A stretch of DNA of 64,000 bases from Pocillopora damicornis. Its lineage: Eukaryota. The translations under genes and the position numbers were made by a program. The notes beneath the pieces are model-generated. The model ran no database searches. It was given only the letters and a program-made list of their open reading frames with translations, and was not told the DNA's origin. The stretch is from contig NW_020847584.1 in the NCBI RefSeq assembly GCF_003704095.1, forward strand, positions 1 through 64,000. Reading direction: 5' to 3'. Positions within the stretch are counted from its first letter, which is position 1, and each line of letters starts with the position of its first letter. This document shows, one piece after another, positions 1-14,100 of this stretch.

Positions 1-202
1 ATGGCTATCGACACTCGTTTCAGTTTTCGTGAATTTTCTAGAATAAAGAAGCAAGTCTGGTCTAAAAAACTTTACCATGTTTCTAAGTTCGCTACAAGGT
101 ATCTCTGACCAAAATAAGAGGATGGTCATTTTTCGGTCAAAGTGTCCCCTCTTACGCAGTCTTGAAAAATAGACGTTCTTAAGTAGTAATCCCTCTATCA
201 CA

Positions 203-785
203 AATTGGACCGTTTCATCTAGCTAGACCATTTTAAGCAGTGGGATCATTACATGCACCTGGACCATTCCAAGTGGTTGGACCACGTTATCTAGAAAGTC
301 GTATTTTAACCGGTACAACAATGCATGTAGTTTGCCTATTTAAACAAATCGGTTCTTTTCAGCCAGTTGGACAAATTTCTTTAGTTGTTCCCAATCTCAC
401 AGTCGGACCATTTTCTCCAGTTACACCATTTAGTACCAGTTGCACCATTTAATGATGTTACAAAAATTTGACCAGTTGGATAATTTTAAGCACCTTCACT
501 ATTTCATTAAGACCTTTTTAAGTGGACAGACCACTGTAACCAGTTTGATCATTTTAACCTGTTAAATGATTTTAAGCGGTTGGACCAATTTCTCTATTTA
601 GACCACTTCTAACACCTAGACCACTTTATCCAGTTAAGACATTTTTAATTGGTTGAACCATTTTATCTACCTATGAACCAATTTATTTACTTGGACCATT
701 CTAGCTGGAACATTTTTACCGGTTAAACCATTTTATCTAGTTCCATATAAATCAGTTTAACCAATTAGAACATTTTAACCAGCTT
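203..785 (+). repeat. Degenerate ~20-bp minisatellite (consensus ~TTGGACCATTTTAACCAG)
   Basis: Regularly spaced ggaccatttt / accagtt units. Confidence 0.85.
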
Positions 786-2163
786 TGAAATCCGTTACGG
801 TGGCCACCGCCGCAGCACCACAGTTTGTTTGGAAACTTACCCCTTTACTAAAAAGATATATATCATTACACACACCTGTTTTCCAAAAACGTTGCCAGTT
901 TGAAAATATATATTAAAAACGTATTTCCTTTCCTCGTCAAAGTGACTGGTTTTGATGAGAAGACAAAAGGTATATATGTTTAGTATATATTTTCAAATTT
1001 GCGACGTTCTTGAAAACAGGTATATGTATGATAGATATATACCCGTTTTCATAAAAGTTGCAATTTGAAAATATATATTGAAAAAATATACCTTTTAATT
1101 TCTTGTAAAAATGTCTTAAGAAGTAAGAGTGGCCTCTCCCTAGGAGCCTCTGTAGAGTGAGAAGCAAACCAAAGTTGACTGACCAGACTAACGGATACAG
1201 TCTCTGCCATAAAGCTTTAAAGACAGGCATTCGGCAGCCCACCCTAAAGTAGACTTGTCCATAAGCTCCACTAAGATGCTAGCCCTGCATTTCAGGCAGC
1301 TAGGCAGGAGATAGTGGCTTTCAACTAAAAAACTAACAAGGTGTTTGCAATGTCAATTGAGCCCCCTCCTCACACCAATGCTTTTGACCCTCAACCACCC
1401 TCCTGACTACCAATCCGGCAAAACAGGGCGCCACCGGGATGAGTAGAAAACTCCTTCCAGCCTAAGGGCCAATTCTAGCGGTCCAAAAACTACCCTCCCC
1501 ACCCTTGAGCTTTAGGAAGAGAGCTGTTTGCTACCAACCCACGAATAGGTCATTGACTGGGCTAGATGCGCAGTTCTAACCTTGACGTTAAGCTCCCTAC
1601 ATTTTCATTGGACAGGGTAACTTGAGCGTGAGACTTGCAAAGAATCTAGCAAGCAAGTGTTTCCATGTCAATAGAACCCCCTCCCAAATACAATGTTTTT
1701 AACACTCGCCTTAAAATGTAACTTAATGGTCAGTGGAGTGCTTAAGCCAACAACTTGGTGGCCTTAGGGAATCCAGATGAATTATTTAACAGTCTATTGG
1801 TAGATTTGTAAAGTACCTTTGGACAAGTATAGTAATCTTTTAGAGCAAATTTCAAGCATGATATAAATTACCACATAGAACTGCTCATCCCTATATGGTA
1901 CAATATTAGTTCTTGGTTTGTTTGCCAAAACTCTCTAGAAATTTCAATTATTTTAATTCTTATATCCAGGTATAATCTTTCGCTTTTTTCTGCAATAAAC
2001 AGAACCTGAAAAGTAGTTAAAAATTTATTGAAAAATTTGTCGGTAAGTGACATCAATTTACAAGTTGTTCCTATTCACACAACATTATTAAGACTTCACA
2101 AGTATTAACTTGGCATTCTTCATTAACATCACTCAACTGATTCCCAAGAAGCACTTCTTCACT

Positions 2164-5100
2164 CTAAATTCGTTTCTGGAAAGAACAAATGGAGAAACAG
2201 CAAATAGGTGAGTAAGGCCAGAAAACAGCAGGACAAATTGAATTAAATAATAACTACTCTCAAAGCCTACAACAACAAAACACAAACTGCAAGTAGTATT
2301 GTTGCACCATCACAGTTTTATTAAGCACCCCGTTTGATCTCTTAAAATAATGAAAAACAAACAAATAAACAAAAACAACAACACTAAAATCTATCTTACA
2401 ATAACTTTGTTGACAGTCAGTTGAGTACCTTTCCTGGTTTTCCTTTCTTTTTTTTCCCTTTTTTCTTGAGACCTGAGCCAAGCTTGTTAATTGCAGCAAA
2501 AGTTGAAGAATTTATTCTGTGTGATACATTTATTTTCATAGCATTCAATCCACCTAAAGTTTAACCAGAAATACAGATTCAGCTGAATAGCAAACAAACA
2601 TTATACAAATTGCTTTTAACAGATTTGAATAAGGGAGATTAATAATACACTGTCTTGGTTGATGTACCCAGCAGTCATGCATGGGAACAACTATTGACCT
2701 CCTTTAAACCTCCTTTAAGTAAGATGAGCATTTCTGTTGATTTAATATATATTGTTGATTGCTGAAGGAAATCATGAAAAAATATTAAAATAGCTTGAAT
2801 TTTTTTTCACACATTAAAGTTATTTGCTTCATGCACTCACAGATCCAATTAATGAAGTTCAGCCTGCTTATATCTCGCACTTTTTAAAATTTTTCCCCAA
2901 AGTTACTTAAACCTTTGATTTAAAGAGATTTATCATCAGAGCTAGAAAAGAATTCCCTTGCCCATAATCTCTGCCTTACTTGGAAGATTCATTTCAGGTT
3001 TGTAAAGTTGTATTTGATTAGCATGTGAACAGGCCCTCATTATTAGCACTTTAGCACCAGCATATTTTCCCCATAGAAAAGTATGAAGCTTTGAACCATG
3101 TGAGCCTGTGAAAGGTCTGCAAAAGGACCAGCCCTGATAATTATTACTTTGAGATCCCTGGAAAAATCATCTCCTTGACTTGTCTCAAATCTTCCTACAG
3201 ACAGAAAAATGCGCATCTTGCAGTAGAGAGTTTAGAGCATCATTCAAGTTGGCTATAATGACATTTGACATAGGTTCATAGCCTGCTTTGCACCCTTAAT
3301 GTAGTTTGTCACGCACATTGTCCTGCCTTTCTGGACTTCATTGGGTACCAATTTCTCTTGCTTATCTTGCTATGCTGCACAGCCAGAGGACACTAATATT
3401 TCTTTTACAATTATATTGTAATGAGACTTCCAATTCTACGTTTGGCTTTGCAAGGGGGGGGGGGGGGTGAAAACATTGTATGTGACCTAAAGAAAGTAAG
3501 AGCAGCAAACTGACTTGCATAATTCGTTTTTGGCACACATATCCAATTGAAAATTGGTGCCTGAAGTTCAACCATGCCATTTAATGTTGGTAAAGACAAT
3601 AATTAGAACTGGAATGATGCCAGAGGTGGAAAAAGTGTAGGAGCAGAGAGCCCCAGAATGGCAAAATACACAGCCCACTTTACAGAAAGGTTTGATGCCA
3701 TATTCTTAAAGAGCAATGTCTACTCTTTAATACAAGGTACTATGTGCAATTCATTTGTGGAGAAAAAGACGGATTTTATATAAGGTAAGTTCATGTGACA
3801 AGTCACATGATATTAAGAAAGCCTTTTTTGTTTTTTTTAAAAGGTCTAGGTAAGCACTCACGGTTTGATAATTTTATTGACTTTTGGTTGAGGGAGGTGG
3901 TTTTAAATGCTGGTTATGAATGGAGCCTTGCTTTCATAGCAAGCATCAGGTTCAGGTAACAGACTCCTGATATCTCCTTCCTTATACCATAAATGAATTG
4001 TAGAAAGTACCTCATATTAAAGAATATACATTTCTCTGTAAGAATATGGTATCAAACCTTTTTCTCTGAGGACGGTTGTGCATTTTTTCCACTTTTGGGT
4101 ACCCTTACACTAAAAAGAGTGCTGTAATAGGGGGAATAATATTTCAAAGGTAATGAGGAGCCCATCTGAAAGTAAGGGATATTTTTGTCACTACAGTTAC
4201 TGAAATGTCACCTCCCCCTATTTTCACTAACCTTCCTTTCTATCCATGAGAGCCTCGAGGATCTCTCTTCCACCCAGGTCACCAATAGCATTATCATCTA
4301 GATCGAGTTCTTGTAAGCTTTCAGAGTGTGTTATCAGTCTGCAAATCAATATGAGACAAAAAAAGAACTAGACTGTTCAATATACATAGCTGTGCTTTTC
4401 ATTTTCTTTCCCCTTTATCCCCCTTTTATCTTTATGAGGAACTTACACATTCTTCAATAGAATGTGCAATATACTGTAGCAAACTTATGTTCCAATATCA
4501 GATCATACACATCAGATAATACTATTCCCTTTCCCACAATAAACTGAAATTTTACCAAAACAAAATCACAACATGCAAGTTGTGTGTGTGGTGCAGGTAA
4601 AAGTTTGGTCTTGATTGTGTTTCACAATTTCAAAATATCACATATTTTAGTCTCAATTTTTATTTATATTCTTTTCTATAATTCATCAAATATTTTTTCT
4701 TGCATGCAATTGGTCTAAATGTATCACATGACTGAATATGTGATGTGCCCCAAGTGATATTCCCCAATTTCAAAACACAAAGGCTTAAAGTTTGCATTCT
4801 CATAAGTAGAATATCATAGGAATCTCTAGGAGGTCACACATCTCCAATAATGCTTGAGACTATGTCCTTGCTCAAAGGAGTGGCAGAAATAAGGACAAAT
4901 ATAGCCTATAATTTAAGCAGATACTAGAAGATATGGGGGTTTCAGGCAAACCCATGGCATTCACAGATACTGTGATGAGATTGTTCCAATTTACTCTGTA
5001 TGCTCTACTTGCCACCACTATATTGGATTGATTATGGTTTTGTTAACTGGGGTTTATCAGTTTAGATGGTTTTGCATGGGGTTTTCAGTTTTCAGCAATT

Positions 5101-8100
5101 TTTTTTGGACAGTTTTGTGGTTTTGAATGACTTTCCCTATGGTTTGTGGTTCCTAATAGTCCCTAATGTCCCACTCTTAAATCAGTATCATTATTATCAT
5201 GCATATATGTCTCATATCTGTCAGAACTAACTAATTAAAGAGATCTTCATAAATGCATATTTATATTATGGTAACCGTGTAATTAACTGAACAAGTTGCA
5301 CCTACTTTCTGAACATTTTCATACACATGACAGGCCCAAGAGTGGAACCCAGCCCATATGCATCAATGCCATTGTTCAGCAAGTGAAGTTTCTGAATCCA
5401 AGGGCCCACTGGTGGTGGGGGAGGAGGCTCTTTTTTCTTCCTTGCACTTTTCTTCTTTTTCCCTTTCTTTCCAATCTTGCCTGTAGAAGACATTTGAGAC
5501 CTCGCACTAAAGGATAAAAGGTAAACTAAATTTGACATGTGACCACTTTGACCAATAACATGTCCATTTCAGTAAACTAATGTCCTTGTAAGTTTTCAGA
5601 TACACCTTCTTAAACATTTAGTTTGACAAATCCTCAAACATTTGATGAAGATGGAATATCTCTTGAGCTCTAGGTTGTAGATAAATCATTAATTTGAAAG
5701 AATGATGCAGTTAATCAAAATTCTTGCCAACAACTTGGGCTATTCCAAATAAAATGAGTTCAAAAGGTTTCATGATGTGAGGATGTCATGCACAATCCAA
5801 AGAAGAGACATTACACATTTGAGGAAAAAGTGTAATGAATAAGGAAAGATACATAATTTGTTTGGAAAGTACACATCTTCACAGTTCCAAGCTGGGCCCA
5901 ATTTTGTTTATCTCTATAATATATGATTTTGTTGCTTTGTTGCAGACACATTATCTTTAAGTGCCTAACTCATGGCCTAAAGGGTTAAAGAATACTGCAA
6001 ACTTATGATTTCATTCACTAATACAAAAAGGCCTGATGGAGTTACAAAGGGTAAACACTTTATTTAGCTTAAATCTAGATGACTTCTTAGATAAATATAT
6101 GCAGCCAACCTTCCAGGTTTGCTTCTAATGGCAACTGAAGATGTTGGTCTTGACACTGACGACATAGCTGATGCCACACTTGGTACAGTTAATGTATTTG
6201 ATTCAGGAATTTTCCCTTCCTTTTTTTCAGCACGCTCAATAGCTTCCATTTCTGCTGTGTCGGCAAAGAGCTTTATAAGTTCGATCACCCCTTCACACTC
6301 CAGAAAATTGCCATCAAGATAGACATCTCTGAGTGAAAATACAAATTTTTTAAAAATGATATTCCATAAAATAAGCTACACTTGAGGTCTACTAGCCTTA
6401 TTTTGGCTGTTGAAATTAACTGAATATAAAGTATCAAGTTACTTTCAAAAACACTTGATCAACTATAAAAACAACTCAAACCAGCAGAGTTTTGACCATT
6501 TTTGAGGAACAACATGAAAGTTAAAAAAGTGACCTCAAAGGTAAAAAAATGCACATTTTATTCCCCTGTTAAAGGTCATACATCCAGTTTGAAAATAATA
6601 ATTTGTTTCTGCCACACCATGTGGTTAGCGCGTGTACTAATTGAAGATTAAATTTAACCATTTACAATTGAAATGCTGGCTACATTCATTTTTTTTCTGC
6701 AAAATAAGCTTGTACTAGGCAGTCTGTTAAGAATTGATTGAGCAGTGTGTGTGTGTCCCCTAAATATGTTTTCACCATAAGCAAGGAATCTCCTTTAACC
6801 ATTCAAGCCAAGATGCACATTTATCTTATGAAGGCTGTTTATGTACTTTGTTTATAAAGTGGATTCCAAGAGCCTCTATAAAGTTTTCTATCAACCTTTT
6901 GCCCTGAATACATCAATATAAGATTGTTTCAGTACACAAAGTTACCTTATGGCTGTGTTGGAAATTGTTTTTCCAAGGAGCTCCCCACTTTGAGAACCAA
7001 GATTACAATAACATAGGCTGAGACGCAATAGTGTTTTATTACCATAGAGACCTCTACAAAGACCACTGCAGCCAGAGTCACCAAATCTGGAAGAGAGTAA
7101 TGATCTGGAGTTTTGAGAATGAACTCAAAATAGTAAACTTGAAACATAACATAACAAAATGTTTGAAAATACGTTAATTTCTTATGCAGCTATGCTGGTC
7201 ATTATTTTTCCATTTCTTGATATACAAAAATCAGTATGTACATGATTTGTTTCAGAATTCTTTGGCACTGATGTAATGCAATGTTTGTAAAAGAGGCTAG
7301 AGCCTGAAGGAAGGAGGCCTCAGAGTTGTTTGATTTTCAGCACAGGGTGCAATATTAATTTTATTAGGGTTTTGGAAATGGGCCACTAAAAAGCAAGCAC
7401 TTGAATGCAGCAAAGTGCTAAACAGGGCTAGGGATAACCTTGTGAATATGGAAATAACAAACACCTGCAAATCATTTCACTGCACAACTAATAACTATAT
7501 GTATTTTTGACTAGTATTTTTTTTTTTTACTATCTTCTTCCCATGCTACCTTGTTTCAGTTACTGATCACCCCAGGGAAGAAAAAAAAATTGGGGGCTTT
7601 TAGTCCATGGATTGCAGATCTTTTCTACTGCACGTTTCTATTCCTTTAATGATGTTCCAACAAGACATAGGTTATGAAGATTCAGTGGAAACAACATCAC
7701 GCTCACAATTGGAGGCAGACAACCTCAAAGAGCCAGCTAATTAAACAAAGTTTTTTAACATCTTCAGTTTAATAGAACCTTCTATATCAACATTTATTTT
7801 TTAAGACCAGTGTAAAGAGGGCTGAAAGCCACTTGTAATGTTAATTTTATTCAATGAAATCAACCCACCTATAAAGAATCTCTGAGACACACTGCTTGTA
7901 AAAAAGTGTGGTTTGAGTTAGACCTTGGATAAATAACCAGCCCAAAGGTCAAAACTCCCTGATGCTGTTTGAAATTAAGCTGGGATTTATCAAATAAATG
8001 ACCAGTCAGAAACACAGAACCATTTTTTTGCCTGACTAAGGAATCAGAGGTTCTGGTAATACTTTGCTTCTTAAAAAGCTCAAGGCAGCTGGATGAGTTA

Positions 8101-11100
8101 AAGCAATTTCTCTGGAAAGAGACCTAGACAGTTTTTCTTGTAAATTTTGAGTCTGATTTGATGGTTGGTGTCCACCACCTAAAAAAAGAGTCTGGAGATT
8201 GGGATGCAAATGACACAGACATTTTTGGAGTGCTCTATTGGAAAATAGGGGCCATAGGCAAACCACCAAATTGATTCCACTCTTTCAGACCCCTGCTAAT
8301 AACACACAGAGTCCCACAAGGTGCAGTCCTTTCACCACTGCTTTTCTGCATCTACCTCAATGATCTACCCTCAGCTTCTGGCACTTGCAGCCTGGAGCCA
8401 TATGTGGATGACTTGCATGTATTCCTGTCATTCCCGCTGGCAGAAGTTGATTCAGTGATTGAAAAGCTTGAATAAGACCTGCACAACGTGGCCTAATGGT
8501 GCTGTGCAAACATTAACTTACTAATAAATCTGAGCAAGACCAAGCTCTTCTTTATCGGAACTAGGCAGTTGATGAGTAAGATACCAGAAGTTCTCCAAGT
8601 GTCCTTTGTCACATTGCTGTACAAAGAACACTTTAGAACATTATTATAACCTTTTCTTAAAATGTAGCCTTGTTTTGTTTTGATTGTGTGATGATAAAAT
8701 ATCCTTTTGGCTAGCCACACAAAGAGTTATTTCAGTTTAGTTTCCTTTACGTCATAGAAGTATATTAGGCCTTTTTTCATGTGAACATTTTAGTTTTAAG
8801 GAGTTGTCCCTAGAGCAAAGAGGAGTTTTATGAGAGTCTTTCAGAGTTTTTTTTACAACTTGGAGTTCATCCCCGGAGCCAAGATCAGACGTAAGTCATG
8901 ATCATTAGTTGTGTTTTCTGTTGTCAGATTTGTAGTTTAGCTCGTTTCCTTAGCTTAGACAGATCGTGTATTCCTTTTAGTTTTCACCACAAGTGTTGTA
9001 ACAAGTAAGCTAGCCTGATTACATGATTTAGTCCAATAAATGTGTGTAAGAGTCTGCTGTCCATCCTGTACTTCACTGTGGTTGACCTTGTGGACCCAAT
9101 TACACTGCACCCTGTGTCTGCCGTGCTGGGAACATGACATCCTTCCTTGGTTGAATACTACAACCAGCTACTTCAGCAAAGGACTTGGGAGTCATTCTGA
9201 ACCCCACTTAACTTACAATCACCACATCACACATGTAGTCTTATCCTGCTTTTCTATACTATATCAGATAAGTCATGTTAAGAAGAGCTTAGACAAAGAA
9301 ATTTCAAAACTACAAATAGCAACATTAGTTCTTAGTAATATGTTATATTGTTCCACTGTGTGATCAAACACATCAGCTGGGAATATCAGTAAGCTACAGT
9401 CAATCCAAAACTTTGCCAACAAGATAGTTATGACCTCTAAGAAATTTGACCATGTGGCTCCTTTGCTTTGCCAGTTGAACTGGCTACCCGTGAGGCAATT
9501 ACTTTTATATAAGGATGCAGTAACGACATATAAATGTCTGCATGACCTTGCTCCACAACACCTGAGTGATTAGTTTATTAAATGCTCTAATATTCATGCT
9601 TGTTACACAAACAAAAGGGACTTGCTTCAGATTCCAATTTGTAAAACTGCCACAGGCCAATGTACTTTTACCAATAGAGCAACTAGCTTATGGAACAGTT
9701 TGGACAATTACATTAAGAATTGTACCTCCTTGAAATCTTTTAGGATCACCTTGAGGGAGTACCTCCACACAGTATGTTACCATAAACCTTCAGAGCTTGT
9801 TTAGTTGTAAATAATTACTATATATTTTTTCATTCTTAATATTATTATTTTATATCTTTATAAAATTGTAAATAGATTTTGAAAAACCTTTTGAACAACA
9901 TCTATGAAAGTCAGATTTCCAACTCAGGTAAGCATTATTCTTTGCCTACTTACCTGCCCAGCAAGCAGCTCAGGAAATTGTTCATTTAATTGAGTTATGA
10001 AGAAAGTGCCAAAATTTTACATGACAAGGGATCTAAGGGGTGCAAAGGTTGCATAACATTAAACAGTCCTACAACAAAACTAGGTATGTTTATTTCAATT
10101 GTCTGCATCAATCATCAAAGTGTCAAATTTGGTTCTACATGAGTGATTGCCAACCGAACATGTCATGTTTTCTTTCCCTCTGATTAAATCCCTTGGCCTT
10201 TCAGTTGCCTTTTTTTTTTTTTTAAGAAGTAACCAGTAAATGTTGAGGTATGTTTTCAGAGACTGCAGCATCACAAGCTTAACTGTAAAACTCAGTTATT
10301 ATAATTTGATTACCTCTACCAAGTTTGAAAGAGATCCTTATTTTTGAATTTCAACAGGTTTGTTGAATGCTTTCAATGCTTCCTTGAGGTTGTTGATTAA
10401 TTTCACATCCACATGATTCCTGATGTTTTCCATGGTTTTTCCAAAGACCGCAGTGTTCATCAACTTGAGAAACTCTTTCTCAGATTCATTCTTGGTGTTC
10501 GTGTACAGCTTTGTGTTAAGCTTAATGTGTTTCTTCAACCAAGGCTCTTTTTTGAAGCTTATTCTTCTATGAATCTTTTTGATCCTTGAACCGAGATTGA
10601 GATACTGTTTCAGTGTTCTGTGACTAAGTATGTATTTCTCCTCATCATTCAGATTTTTAATAAGTTTTTCTACCCTATTAGTAATCAATCTCTCAGGAGC
10701 AAGTGGGAAGTTGTTATGCAAGTCATGAAGCTCTTTTGGATACTTGAGATCCACATCAAGAATGCAAGAAATTTCTCTCTAGTTGACAAGGTCAAAGACA
10801 GTCAAGCCTTCAGCTAGGTCTCAGAGCTGCATCCACTTTAAATTTCCAATGGGAAGAGGTTGGCACATGGCCCATCCATGAAAAATATTTGGATGGAGAT
10901 AGGTGATGTATTTCATTGGCTTTGTTTCATCATAAGCTTCACCCATATATTTGTTGTTTGCAAACCCATTTGAGATCGTTGAGATTCCTTCCTTCTTAGT
11001 GCCCTCAACATGACTGGCATTATTTGTTAAAGCTGCTTTAGTATTGATTAATGCTAAACTTAAAAGTTCAAGAATTGACATGAAAATATCCTTACCACTA

Positions 11101-14100
11101 ACAAACAGGTTAGGCCAATTAAGTTTTTAATGGCTCTCCACAATAGCCACCAAGGTTTCAAAATTAACAAAAAATAATATTTTTCCTTAACCAACATTCA
11201 TGGCTAGGAGGTGATTTCATGTTGGATGTTTAGGACTTTTCTTCCATTCACTCCCAATAATGATGCCATCAGTTCTTAATTAATGTAAGTAATGTCTCTG
11301 CAGTTTAAAGGTTCTTACTTGTTATAATCAAGCACCAGAGCAGTCAGATTGCTCATACAAATGGACCTACAAACAACAAATAAAGTACTTTTATGAACTA
11401 TTAACATGGTCAATATTTTTAGGATATTTATTCACCAACACATAATATAAATCAATGTTCATTTCTGATTAATTAAAAATACAATTTGATAAATTATAAA
11501 AACTGTTGCTATTTGAACAATAATCCCTAGAAAAATGTTTGCGTAACAACTTCTTTTTCCAAAAAAAATTTTTGCATAATGACTCTTGTTTGCATCTTCA
11601 AACAGAGAAAAATCTTGGAAAAAAAAAGTGCCTGTTCTTAGAGAACACCAACACATTACACCTTATTGGATGGTTTAACATCTACATGCAGGTGTTTACG
11701 GAGTTACGTTATATCCCCTAAAACATTGATTACATTGAGGGGTTATTATTCCACCAATTCTTCATCTCCTAGTATTTTAGAATGTTTTCATGCCCCTCTC
11801 CTAAAACGTGTCTCATCCTTTAAGTTCTACTTTGAATATCCTGAGAGAAACGTATAAATAATGGCTGCAAGCAACATTTAATTAACATTAAGGTAAAGCA
11901 AATGTTAAAAAATTGATAATTAGCAAAAGTTTGCTATAAAATGCTTAACTAATCTATATCAGTATGATATCAAGTGATGAATATTCAAATTACCTTGCTA
12001 GCCTGTCTACTCCATAGCTATTGATACCACACTCCAAAAGTTCCAGGTATTGAATGGGATAAATAGATTGCTCCAAAAGCAATGCCTGCATATGAAGTAG
12101 AAGCAACTGCAAGTTTACTTTCACATCTGTGGGAATAAATACCTTCAACTCTATAGATATTTTAATCTAAAAACTTAATGCTTAATCAAAACCATGTGTA
12201 GCTGATCCAACTCATCTTCAGTTATTATGTACCAGTGAACAAGCAGTATACTTGAAAAGAGAAGGATGTTATCAGTATTCTGTCACAAGCACAAGGCAAA
12301 GGAGATTTTAATTCCCCACAGCAAATTGTACTTCAGACCTTTGGATTCATTGCTTTAATGATCTACCATTAAACTACAGAGAACCTTACAATAATCTTTA
12401 CTAAACGCAGGTTCATCTTTGATATGCATCCTGCATACTTCTGGGATAAGTAATGTTGAAAGTGTTGGGTCAGGAAAAAGAGTAAGAATAGTGGTAACAG
12501 TTTGCTTGGCTTGCGCATATATATCAGGCTGAATTAAGAAAGTTGTTGATAATTCTGGTAACATACAAGTATAAGACAAATGATATCAGGGTTTGCAGAG
12601 ATTCCTACCCTTGGGGATAAAAGAACTTGAGAAACTATAGGACATTTCAGTGATGAATTTGTGAATAGAGAGAAAGATCATGTAAAAGGAGACAATACAC
12701 CACTTTAGTCTTAATAGAGGAGCTGCAGATGTTTCTTTAGGCTGTTAAACTGTGAGCACACTTAGATGGATGACGGTGAAAACTATCTGTTTTGGAGGCT
12801 ATTCATTTTCTTAAATCCAGTTAAAAACCATACTCTAAGACATTTGCAGACACATTGCTTAAAATGTTGACATGTTGCTCAAAATGAAGAAAAAGCTCAA
12901 TCTGCTGTCAAATATGAACTGTCATAAAAAGATAAAGAGAAATTGTAAGTTTTGAGCTCAGTTAAGAAATTGACAAAGATGTTTTTTGACTTGTCACTAG
13001 CATGGGACAAAGAAAATATTCCAAGTCCCAACGAGGAATTGCACCTCAGACCTTTGGATTCTGTTCTCTGATGCCCTGCCAACCAGCAACAGAGGAATCA
13101 AACCTCAGACCCTCAGATTCTGGCTCCGATTCTCTGCCACTGAGCTACAGAGACTCTATGGTGAGCGAGGCCCATTACGAAGTTCATAATGCATGTGCTG
13201 CATACTGCTAGGATTATGGGGACTCAGAATATTTTCTTTGTCCAACACTTGTTACAAGACAAAAAACATCTTTCTCTATTGCTTTACCATGCAAGCTCAA
13301 AATTCTTTCTTATTCCATTTACAAACATGGTGCTTTCTGGCTGATCCTCGCAGTATACAGGATGCATGTCATATATGAACTTTGTAATGGGCCTTGCTCA
13401 CCATAGAGTCTTGGTGGCTCAGTGGTAGAGAATTGGAGCCAGAACCTGAAGGTCTGAGGTTTGATTCCTCATTAGGACTCGATCACAATATTTTCTTTGT
13501 CCCATGCTCATGACAAGACAAAAAACATCTTTCTCTATGAACAATAATGCTGCTGAAATAAAGATATGCCACATTAGCCATGGGATTTTGGGTGTAATAA
13601 CAGATGGACATGAAACTTACTGTTACAACCAAAACAATTGCCAAACTTTCAAAACTAAATCATTGGTATCTGGCTAGATGGCACCAAGGTTAGATTGCTC
13701 CCAGTTAGATTGCTCCAAACAAATGATTTTTAAAGTTTTTAGGAATAAATGATTGTGGAATAAATTATGTTATAGTCTGAAGTGTATTGAAAGAGATCAA
13801 TCAGTGGCCTTTTTCGCTGTTTGATGTAAGGAAACTGATATCCACCATCTTTAATTAATAAAGCAGATTACACTTTGTGAGGCTCTTACATGAGGCTTTA
13901 TTTGTTCTTTCTGCATAGTTCAGATTTATTTCAAGTGTGTGTGAGCAATATTAATCCATTGTTAGGTAAGATATGCACAACATTTAATGCACTATCAATT
14001 TAGATACCTTAGTTTTGCTACCTTTACCTTAGTTTTCTACATGGAGTGAACTAAATTATGTTAGGAGCAAAGTCACTTATTTGATGGAGCAATCTAACTT

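Noticed and set aside
13413-13490. tRNA gene
   Set aside because: It has A/B boxes but no clean cloverleaf and is embedded in a longer repeat present in several copies, so it is SINE-derived.
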